From Phoronis australis (taxonomy: Eukaryota > Animalia > Phoronida): a stretch of 64,000 nucleotides of DNA. The position numbers and the translations under genes are program-made. Shown here piece after piece: positions 53,901 through 64,000 of this stretch; within the stretch, counting starts at the first letter, position 1, and every line of letters starts with the position of its first letter. Under the pieces are notes generated by a model. The model saw only the letters and a program-made list of their open reading frames with translations, searched no databases and was not told where the DNA came from. The DNA lies in NCBI GenBank assembly GCA_002633005.1, contig NMRA01000141.1, positions 545,609 to 609,608 on the forward strand. The letters run 5' to 3'.

Positions 53901-56586
53901 TGACGACAGCTCAGGAAAAGGGCACTCTGGTATGATAGTAAAGCTTTGTAGGTTGACCACCAATTTCATGCTTGATCCGGTGTTTTCGTCTTACTGTAGC
54001 CAAGTGATTGGGCTTGGATGTGTTAGATAGATTTAACCCATCAGGAAGTACGAAATGTTGCGTTACATAACTCGTAAATATGTGGACAATTTTATAAAAG
54101 AGACTGATGTCTAATATGTCTCTGGAGGTAAACCAAAAATCTGAGCTATGGTTCCTTGCATATTGGCAGTAAGAATACATTCTTCAAATAGTTGCGTGTT
54201 TTTTAGAAACTTGTATTTGAAGCATGAAAATGATTGTTTTTTTTTCAAAAATAGTGGTTACAATAACTTGAGTGACGTTTAAGGTATGAATTATTAAAGA
54301 TTTTACAGTTTCATTGAGGATCCAGAAAATGTATACTGTTTGATAACAGTATGCATTGTGGTCATTGTGACTTTAGTTCCAAGTTTTATATTTATATTGA
54401 ACTATGGATATTATATAGATATCTATGAGTTGTTTTAACTGATATTTTATCTCTTTCTGTAATTCATTTCCATGGTTATTGTTATTTATTGTAGACTGGA
54501 TCCAAAGTGTTTAATGATATAGCCTATTCAGATCTTAATCAACAGTTGGTGTCTGCCTCTACTGATAGACACGTCCGACTGTGGGACCCGAGAATAACAG
54601 GTAAGTATTGAGAGAGTTGCTTACCTAGCACAGTACTCTATTGTGTTACGCGTACATGAATGCCACTTGATGGTTGTTAAATATAAAACTTAAGATTGTT
54701 GAGAATCATATTTTTAAAGCTGCTATGAACAGTGTTACTGTGTTTATAACATTTCCCTTTTTCATATGGTACATGCCAGAAGTATTCTGACAAAATGTCC
54801 CATAATTCCCCACAACAGCTGTGCAGAAGCCAAATTCATCAGAGTTTATTTTTCTCATTACCCAAAGTGAAGTTGAATTAACTGGATAGTTAGTAAGTTG
54901 GCTTAGCCATTCTATAATTATAAGTTTGCCCCCATAACCAGTCCATGCTGTTAAACAATATAGCCATCAGGACAGGGTAATGTTATTTCTTCGAATTACT
55001 TTGTCTTGTGCTGTAGGTATATTTGCTGTTCCTAAGTAACATCGAATTTTACCTTTGAATTGAAATTGCTTAATGGGAAATTGTCTAGACACATGGTTTT
55101 ATCTCTGTACTTGAAACTCAACTTGAAATTTGACTAATTGCATGTTACACTTGGAGTAAACTAATAAGAAATATGCACACAAATAATGCGGCCTAATTGG
55201 TTAATTTTGTGAATTTAGTCTGAGTTCAGAGATAGGCTGTGGGCCCTTATGGCAATATTGCTTTGACAACTGACCCACCACGACTAGCAACCAATTTTAT
55301 ATCAGTAAGTGGTCAAAATATTTGTTTTTGACAGAAAAACATGAGTTTATTGTCCATTTAAGAGTAAGTGATATTAGAGGACCACTTGTTTTTTTCAATC
55401 AGTTTGTTGAAATAACCAAACATCATTCTAGTTTTCATGCTAAGTAACCCTGAAGGAAAATTTAGCCAAATTTTTACTCTCTGTGTGGAGAGCATTTGAG
55501 CAAATAATGCCATTTTGATGTGAGCACCCACTGAACAAGACCTAAATAACAATTTTTTTCAGCAGATATTAATGACAATCCACCAAGTTATTTTTTGCCA
55601 TGGGCTGACTTCACTTTAGTATTTGAGGAACAAGTGCTGGTTGAGGTGTTTGTTTTATCCTGCTGTGTAGCTATAATGTGACTTTGTGACCAACAGATGG
55701 TGCTGTATGCAAGGCAACGTTCACATCTCACACTGGTTGGGTGTCCAGTGTATCATGGTCACCAAGTAACCAATACCACTTCATCAGCGGTTCCTATGAC
55801 AGCATGCTGAAATTGTGGGACACACGCAGGTATTGTACTGGATCCGTATCACCACTGTTCCCAATACCACTTAGTGAAAATACCATGGTTTAGTCCAAAT
55901 TGTATACAGTCAAATGGTGTTACCACCTACCTGATTTATAACATCTGCTTGCTTATAATGTTCCATTCTGTAAGTCCCAAGACGACTTGACCTTGTGCAA
56001 ATTGATTTGGTTATTCTTCAGGGCTTGGAATATTCCTCTTTTAAGAGGATTTCTTCTTCTATTGGTTTTAATTTCCTCTTATTTGTTTTCCAGTTTTCTC
56101 TTTTTCCTTTCTTTTTGTCGTTTTACAACACAAAAATATTTCTGTCACGCAAGCCTATTTATTTGTGGATCAATACATTTCCTGGAAAATTTTCCTCTTT
56201 GTCATTGGTCATTCGAAGCTCTGTTCTTTACGTCATACAATGGATAGTTTACAATTGTACCGGGAGGGTCCATTTTACATGGTTTAACTTTACCATGTTG
56301 AAATATCCTTCAAGGAAGAACTTAAGTTGTTGATTTTTTGAAAAAGTGAAAGGCTGGCTTCAACAGTTGTCTACTGTGTACCAGCCATTTAGCAGCATAT
56401 ATGGGAATTGTTATTTTCCTGTCATCTCTATTTTTTATTTTCAGCCCCACTGCACCCCTGTACAATATGGGTGGTCATGAAGACAAAATCCTTGCTGTTG
56501 ATTGGTCAATACCTGACCTCATGCTAAGCGGTGGCAGTGATAATCACTTGAAAATGTTCAGATACACACCCAATTTGTCGACATAG
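43314..56586 (+). CDS. WDR12: Ribosome biogenesis protein WDR12/Ytm1 (PeBoW complex)
   Basis: Exons 43314-43372 ([20 protein letters not shown]), [exon 2 not found], 47165-47268 ([11 protein letters not shown]), 48101-48207 (VVEIEYVE...HDDWVS), 48908-49023, 49930-50087 (CRGHAGSVD), 52300-52345 ([11 protein letters not shown]), 52913-52995 (acidic/basic loop KKRKKK), 53789-53929 (TLSGH...[11 protein letters not shown]), 54495-54600 ([12 protein letters not shown]), 55697-55829 (SHTGWVSSV...KLWDTR), 56445-56586 ([18 protein letters not shown]...*). The motifs match WDR12 as I recall it. Confidence 0.95.
44401..45256. repeat. 45-bp tandem repeat, 19 identical copies, truncated by the N gap
   Basis: Unit ATGTAATGCAATCTGTCTTGTAATGGTTCTTGCTTGTGAATAATG; N at 45257. 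Confidence 0.97.
45975..46138 (-). mobile_element. GGCGGATCC-type small non-autonomous element
   Basis: CAGTGGCAGATT ... CCCCCAACTCAAAATCCTGGATCCGCCCCTG; its ends are the reverse complement of the ends of 41730-42053. Confidence 0.7.
47836..47992. repeat. Imperfect (CA)n microsatellite
   Basis: CACACA runs with interruptions. Confidence 0.95.
49322..49712. mobile_element. Kolobok-like MITE (different family)
   Basis: TTAA|AGCTGCATTT ... AAATGCAGCT|TTGA. Confidence 0.6.
50175..51253 (-). mobile_element. HINE/DINE-1-like element, copy C, 7 internal units
   Basis: Reverse complement of the copy A/B family: ..TTCTTGTT end at 51253, and hairpin CACATATTTATATGTG with TTTTTATG at the 50175 end. 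Confidence 0.75.
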
Positions 56587-57629
56587 CGGATAATTTTATT
56601 GTAATGATGCTGCGCTGTTAATTACATTGAGATGTGAAATTTGAAATATATATTTAATTGTATCGAGTCCATTAGTACAAGTCAGAATGATTTATCAATT
56701 CGGGTGTGTAGAAGAGGCAAAGAACTATATGTACTTTGTAAACTGGATCCATTAGTCCTCAATCCAGGATCACAGCATTGTTGTGGTGGAAAAAAAATCT
56801 CATTCCGAAGTGGCTGCTGAATTGAGAACTAAGTTTACCATGTGTGCAGGATAATGTTTCTGCACCATTTTGGTACGTACTGCAAAACCAGATAACTACC
56901 ATTTGCAGTTAAAATTTGCTCAAGTTGTATCTAATCGAAGCGAGAGATTTTATCCAAGTGTGGCGATATCCAACTTGAGTGAAGGCCTAAGTGCATGAAC
57001 TAGAGCACCTATACCACTGAACATTGTCAGAGTTTAGGAAAAATCCGGCTTATGCACGTCNTGCTGTTGATTGGTCAATACCTGACCTCATGCTAAGCGG
57101 TGGCAGTGATAATCACTTGAAAATGTTCAGATACACACCCAATTTGTCGACATAGCGGATAATTTTATTGTAATGATGCTGCGCTGTTAATTACATTGAG
57201 ATGTGAAATTTGAAATATATATTTAATTGTATCGAGCCCATTAGTACAAGTCAGAATGATTTATCAATTCGGGTGTGTGGAAGAGGCAAAGAACTATATG
57301 TACTTTGTAAACTGGATCCATTAGTCCTCAATCCAGGATCACAGTATTGTTGCGGTGAAAGAAAAATCTCATTCCGAAGTGGCTGCTGAATTGAGAACTA
57401 AGTTTACCATGTGTGCAGGATAATGTTTCTGCACCATTTTGGCACGTACTGCAAAACCAGATAACTACCATTTGCAGTTAAAATTTGCTCAAGTTGTATC
57501 TAATCGAAGCGAGAGATTTTATCCAAGTGTGGCGATATCCAACTTGAGTGAAGGCCTAAGTGCATGAACTAGAGCACCTATACCACTGAACATTGTCAGA
57601 GTTTAGGAAAAATCCGGCTTATGCACGTC
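56493..57629. repeat. 568-bp tandem duplication across the N at 57061 (end of WDR12 last exon plus 3' UTR); likely assembly artefact
   Basis: 56493-57060 equals 57062-57629 apart from a few SNPs. Confidence 0.9.
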
Positions 57630-59869
57630 CGACTTGTAGGAGTTTTACTACAGTGCCCCGATTGTTTGGCGTCCATCGACAATTTGTGCTTGGAACACAG
57701 TGGGTCATACCTACGACCACATTACTATCATGAAGGTACCTGGGTGTGTAGCAACACAAATTGTAATAGAATTATTTTATCCGTTGAGTCTATTATCAAG
57801 CAGACCTTGTTCATTGATAAGATTGACCCATTATTAAACCAGTCTGCAGGACTGGGTTAGCAGCTTACAGGCATTTGCTCCTTATAGTCGGCACCAATTG
57901 GTGACACAGGCTTGCTTTTTATGTGCATTTGTAATACACTGAGTTTTTAAGTACTTCAAAAGTTTTATTGAACACCTCAAGTAAAACTCAACAAAGCAAT
58001 GCTCAAAATTTCAATTTATTTTAAACTACATGTAGTTTACACAATACTACATCTACTTGCCAACAACTCACAAATGCTCAACTTTCCTTTAGGCATTGTT
58101 GCTGCAAACATTAACAGGTGTTGAGAACTCCCACAATATTTAGGTAGCAAACAGTTAGCTTTTAGGATTGACACTGAAAACTTTCCAAACATCTGAACCT
58201 ATTTTCTAATAAAAGAAAAGTCCCAGTCCCAAACAGTGAAACCTGTCTGCTAAAGCACTGAACCACAAGACTAATTTTAATGTCCAGGTCCAATTGTTCT
58301 CTAAAATTATCCTTTTACAATTTCTGTCCTGGTTTTGAGTGAACTGTGATTATGTGTCTTATTCTCTGGTACAGCACATTATGCTTCAAGTAAACAATGT
58401 TCGATTCCTAGTTTGTACTTATTGACCCTAGCACTAAAGCTAAAAGTTGAGCCTGAACTAGAAACCAAGTTGCTTGAATCTAGGGGTCATCAAATGCAAA
58501 CTTTGAATAGAAAGTCACCCACCTAAACCATTACGAACTCTAGCACAGAATAATAGACAAATCTCTGAGTTAGCACAAAAACAGAATGGAAAATGCCAAA
58601 AAAAATTTGAAGTAGAAAAATTAGACCCCGGACCCAGAACAATTGGTCACTACATTCCACTTAAATTTCTGATTAACTTTTTCAACTAAAGTATTGCAAA
58701 AGCATTCGAATGAACCCAGGCCCTCCTTGGAAGATCAGTTCGTGTTGCCTTACACCGAGAACGAGACATGCAAAACAAAAGAGTGTTTTGAGAAAACTGT
58801 TACTGAAGCTGTTGTACTCCAGCATTTGTTTAGATTCTCGTGCAACAAAAGACTGCTATCTATTAAAAAGATGAGGAGACATGGTAATTTAATGAAACAA
58901 CAGCAGTGGAGATTGGGCTATCTGTGACCCTAACATTATTAATCCTCTGCAATCTCAATAACTCCAGCATTTGGATCCAACAGCCGCTCGAAAGTTCTTT
59001 CATAAGCAAGACGACATAACTAGAAGCAACAGACTAGAACATGCCAAAAGTAGTATGAAATAATTTCAAAACCACCGTGCTTCCCGTTTTCTGAGTGGAA
59101 TTGATTCTGGTTCTTGAAATCGCACGTTACCGTCGTGAAAAGACCAAATTCAGTTCATTGGTTGCTTCTTGGGGTAGCTCACCACAGCTAACCTGATTAT
59201 CATTGAAATTTGCGATTACTGCTTCATCCTATTTAGTGCTGCATAGGATCTGAAAAAGGTTACCTTAACAATCTACTTCACTACACTTAACCTGCAACAA
59301 TAAAAAGTCTCGAATTGTTTCTTACTCAGAAGAGGAGTTTCATGCATTGGAAAGAGCCGACCGTCCATTATTGTGCAAGACTAATACTTGATACATAATG
59401 ACTAGACGTGATGAGGTGCGTTGAGCTTGGTCTTGAAAAGCAATAATAAACTTTTGGTTCTTTCCGAGCCTCATAGTCACTCCTAAAGATGGCGTTGAGA
59501 CTGTAAGGGGTCTACATCAAGTCTGTTTTGACAGGGGACAGGTTTCTAGCGACTTTGTCCAAATCAATGCACCAAACGGAGAAATTTACATTCTGAATGC
59601 AAAGTCGGCATATCTGAATCTAGTATAGAAAAATAAAGCCAACCGTACAAACTTAACCCTTAAAATGCTGCGATATTCTCAACACTGAAATGAACAATTA
59701 CAGATCTTATAAGAGAAAAGTTTGTGTTTGAAAGAATGTTGTTCCATATTTGAGACAATAGTGGTTCAGAGGGTTGTCTAGAATTTTGAATGCTAATTTC
59801 TCCATACAAAAACAAAATATCTTGCTGGAAGAATTGATTCAGTGCTTGAAAAATAGGTCACAAGGTAGC

Positions 59870-60501
59870 ATAAAAACGTAGATTCGAAACAAGAACTCAA
59901 AACTAGCAAAGTTCAAGTAGCGATAACCGAACAACAAACATTAAATTTTTTCAAGATGGCCGTAAATTTAACCACTTCAATTTCAGTACACTAATACTAG
60001 AAACAAGAGTAAGATGTTACTTGCAAACAGGCACAATTAGTAAACAACCAAGAAACTTAACAAAACTATTTAATAGAACACTTTTCACAACAAGAGAATT
60101 TCAACTGGTTCAATTTGACGGAAGTCATACAAGTAAATTCAATACAACGAAATGGGTCGAGAAACTTCATTTTCACAGATACAGGGNATAAAAACGTAGA
60201 TTCGAAACAAGAACTCAAAACTAGCAAAGTTCAAGTAGCGATAACCGAACAAACATTAAATTTTTTCAAGATGGCCGTAAATTTAACCACTTCAATTTCA
60301 GTACACTAATACTAGAAACAAGAGTAAGATGTTACTTGCAAACAGGCACAATTAGTAAACAACCAAGAAACTTAACAAAACTATTTAATAGAACACTTTT
60401 CACAACAAGAGAATTTCAACTGGTTCAATTTGACGGAAGTCATACAAGTAAATTCAATACAACGAAATGGGTCGAGAAACTTCATTTTCACAGATACAGG
60501 G
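59870..60501. repeat. ~315-bp tandem duplication across the N at 60187; likely assembly artefact
   Basis: 59870-60186 equals 60188-60501 apart from a 3-bp indel. Confidence 0.9.
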
Positions 60502-60690
60502 AAATACCGACACTATTGAGTATTTCCCTGTAAATGTCAACTGCTAATGTCTCGAAATTACAGTTAGCACAGAAGTTGCCAAATAAACTACTGAGAATGA
60601 CAAATAATCACTTTAACCAAACTAATTTGCTTAAATTTCCACAGCCCAACATTTCATAACACAAAAGTTTTCCCCAATTCCCACTGTATA

Positions 60691-63600
60691 CTATCTTCTT
60701 CTTGACCATTTTGACTTGTCTGTTTTACTCGTCTTTCCGCACCACGGGAGACCAAACTCGCTGAAAATAATTTTTTTTTTTATTTCATTTCATGCTTATG
60801 TTTTGCCAGTTACTTTCAAAGGATTTTTTTCTCATTAGCACAGCACTCGATCGCTTTAACACAACCACATTTATGTCTGGCCGTTCTCCTATCTCACAAA
60901 ATAATACAATACAAAATAACGCAACATAACATACTAAGAAAGACACATTCAGACAAATGAGACTGTGATAAGACTATGATAGAATTAAAAAAAAATAATT
61001 AAAATGGACAATTGATGTATGGATGGTACGAAAAAGTTACTAAAAAATTATTTCCAACATGGTCACGCTGGACCAACAACCATTGCACTTGATATCTGAT
61101 GGATCATAGTTTTATGTTGCTCAGTTACGCAATAGGATAATACACACTTGGCCCAAGATCTATCACACACTCTTGTACTACGCCATAAACAAAATAGGCT
61201 TGAAGCTGCCCTGTGGTAAAACAAAACGACTAAACAGTTTTCTTACTCAAGCTCATTTCTTTCCACTCATAATTACGTGACAAAGGTAAATCACGCTTCC
61301 TACGACAACATAAGAACGTCATTAAAACCTCAGAACTTGAAAACTCACATTTCTTTTACACAAACTTATTAATTATGGTGGTTATTTTCTCCTTCAAAGA
61401 TGGATTTTAACTGAATTTTGATGCACATAGTAATTCTGAGAACACCGTAGGAACTTGTAATGCTTCTCAGACACTGCCCGACACAGAGGGCTGTAAATTA
61501 GCCCCATGCCTCAGGTCAGATAATTCAGTAACAACACATGCAGACATTCTGGCAAAGATTCTAACCACCCGAATATATTGGCTTCTCGAGGGAGTGCATT
61601 GACTATGGACCAATAGCAAATACTGAATCAACATTTTCCTTACCAATTATCTATGGATGGAATGGGGTAGCCGAAAGCTGTAACTGGTATCTGTTCGTTC
61701 ACTTCAATAAATTGAGCTGAAAAAAATTCAAAAAGCGTTACAGTACAATAGACTCAATTTCATTAACAAACAATCCAAGCTCAGGGTCTACTCTTCGTAC
61801 TCAAAATTATTTCCGACATTCTCCATTCTGCTTTTGTACAAGCTAGAGGTAAATATTTACTACTGCATGCTAGAGTTCATTGTGGTTAATGCAAATGAGT
61901 TTCTAGTACAGGTAAGCTCTTAATGGCCTCCAAGTTCGATCTGCATACTTGATTCTAAACTAAAAAAACTCGGTTCGAGTGCTCGAATTTGCAGTTGGAA
62001 CAATGAGATCATCAAGAACAAACCAGGATTTGGACAGTTATCAAGGTAAACCACTCCAGCACACAAAAAGACATTTCTTTTGAATTTGAACAAGTAAGTA
62101 CAAAAAATGCCAAAAATAATTCCGGTTTCCAGTGCAAATATTAGACCATGGGCTCTGATCAAACCTCCGACCATGATGCACACTTAAGATGCATACAGAT
62201 TAACAAGGCATTTAGCAAATATCCGTAATAGTTAGACCAGGAGGAAACGCACTACTCTTCACATGTCTTCTACCCCAGAATATTTACTTGAAAAATGCCA
62301 TATTTTGCACTTTTCTAGTAAACCCAAATGTAAGCCAGTTCATGCTTTCCGAAACAAGAGGCCTCGTGAACGGAAAATTCGGCTTTGATATGGCATGAAA
62401 AGCAACGTGTGGAATTAAAACTGCAGTAAATCCATCTTTTGTAAAAAAATAACTTCATTTACAGCACTTTGCATCATACAATTTGTTCCCCATTCAGAAG
62501 TGATTTGGGGCAATCACTTACAGGGGACCCACGTTTTGAGAAAAACTTTTCTCCACTGAACAATGGGCATCAAACTGATTCCCAAAATCTGCAACTCCTG
62601 TAATTGACCATTTCTGTGATCTCTGGACATAGGAAGAGCTGTGACATCGGTCTCATAATATTGCTCACTTTGATAGGATTCTATTTGACAATTTGAAAAC
62701 GGCGCGTGTGCGCTACAGAAATTAGAATGCCATCACGGTAAAGGAATGTTATGAGTCTAATTTGCTGAAAGGAAAAGTGTGAATTCGATTTTCCTTTTTT
62801 GGTCGGCTAAACAGAGTGTATGTGTGAGCACAAAGAAATGAAGACTTTAAGAAATACCAAAACCTGTCATGTGCGGATTTCAGCAGAAAACGACAAATTA
62901 CAGCACATGGAGTGTTTGTAAGAAAATGTGGCAATAAAGAGAATGTGATCCGAAATCATATTTTGTAAAAAAATATGAAATTACAAAAAAAATGATAAAA
63001 TGTTATCGAACTCATTATATTCCCTGTTCTCAATTCTTTCCCAAAATATATACTTATGGTGCATTCGCCAATAAATGTTTCGATTAAGTATTTAGTTCGG
63101 TTTATTTTGACTTGCAACTAAGTCCCACGTAACCGTAACAAAACAAAAACAAATAAATACAAACCATCTTCTAGCTTAGGCACGAACGTCTCCGGTTCTC
63201 TGTCCTCCTCCTTAATTTGCTTCTTTAGTTTACTTGCGTACCGTCCCTGCTGAAGTTTTTCATATGCCCTGAAAAGACATGACAACATTGTGGATAAGAA
63301 ATGTACATAACAACAATCACATAAAGAGCCTGTACGTGAATCAGTAAGGTCTGCTTGACTTATATTTAAAGTGCTTTTTAAATTAGCCTTCTGCTGCAAA
63401 AACAAATTTTTGATTTAGACCACATACCATTATCAAATTGGTCTCCAATAGTTCCACAGTCTAAATGGGTGTGGTTTTTGGGGTTGGAAAGAACGGACAG
63501 TACATTATTGCTTGTGACCAGCCTCTACAAGTTGACTTGTCATGGTGTGTTGTGGTTTCAAAGAATAACGAACTGCCAGTTCTTTGTAGGATCAAAAATC

Positions 63601-64000
63601 ACTTTTAGTGGTAAGTGGTCTAAATCCAAGTTTAGTTTCTTCAACGGAATGCTGATCTACTGCCATTTTAGCCGTAGATGTCATGCACTTGAACAAGAGC
63701 AACGTGTATATATGCTTATCGAGTGCACAGCATACAACACAGACAAAGGGGTTATCATTACTTTAAAAACTTTTGACAAGGAAGCAGTACAGATAAATTT
63801 AACATAAAAGCTTCTAGGGGGTGCAAGTCATGTCAGCAACGCTCTCTACATTAGTAAAACACCTTCCACCTTTCATCACTACTCCTCGTTTGACAGAACA
63901 AAGTCACTTAATAATAAAAGCCACTTGTTAATGAATGCTTTTATTTTTCTGTGCCTACCTCTGTTCTCGTAGACGTTGCATGTCCCATCGTTTCCTCCGT
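60691..64000 (-). CDS. MSL1: Male-specific lethal 1 homolog, C-terminal PEHE region (gene continues beyond the window)
   Basis: Exons >64000-63959 (RRKRWDMQRLREQR), 63268-63165 (AYEKLQQGRY...ETFVPKLED), 61716-61644 (QFIEVNEQIPVTAFGYPIPSIDN) and 60760-60691 (CEFGLPWCGK...RRR*) join in phase. They match the MSL1 hallmarks RRKRWDIQRIREQR and PVVAFGRPLP...FELPW. Confidence 0.9.

Noticed and set aside
47269-56444. Intronic box C/D snoRNAs in WDR12
   Set aside because: I found no convincing RTGATGA...CTGA pair with a terminal stem by eye; an Infernal/snoscan search is needed to exclude them.
57062-57155. Second copy of the WDR12 C-terminal coding sequence
   Set aside because: It begins exactly at an N, lacks the acceptor and exon start, and is nearly identical to the first copy, so it is an assembly or haplotype overlap.

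Overview
This is AT-rich, intron-rich animal genomic DNA, most likely a non-arthropod invertebrate bilaterian (inferred from protein style and repeat types). It comes from a scaffolded assembly with five single-N joins at 13768, 21275, 45257, 57061 and 60187. Four spliced genes can be rebuilt by hand. (1) An integrin beta subunit (beta-PS/beta1-like, minus strand, 20 coding exons, about 800 aa). (2) A C2H2 zinc-finger gene (minus, 3 coding exons, about 675 aa). (3) WDR12/Ytm1 (plus), head-to-head with the ZNF gene; one required exon is missing, probably lost in the gap beside a 45-bp satellite. (4) The 3' end of MSL1 (minus, PEHE region). Introns carry many non-autonomous DNA transposons (Kolobok-, hAT-, Harbinger- and Helentron-like), two decayed LINE fragments and tandem repeats. 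The most unusual signal is a Helentron-like interspersed family with three copies, whose ~145-160 bp internal units each carry one co-oriented motif matching the CTCF consensus. This gives mobile arrays of 5-8 putative CTCF sites. Three local duplications at N joins look like uncollapsed haplotypes, and one of them exposes an apparent presence/absence Kolobok-like insertion.
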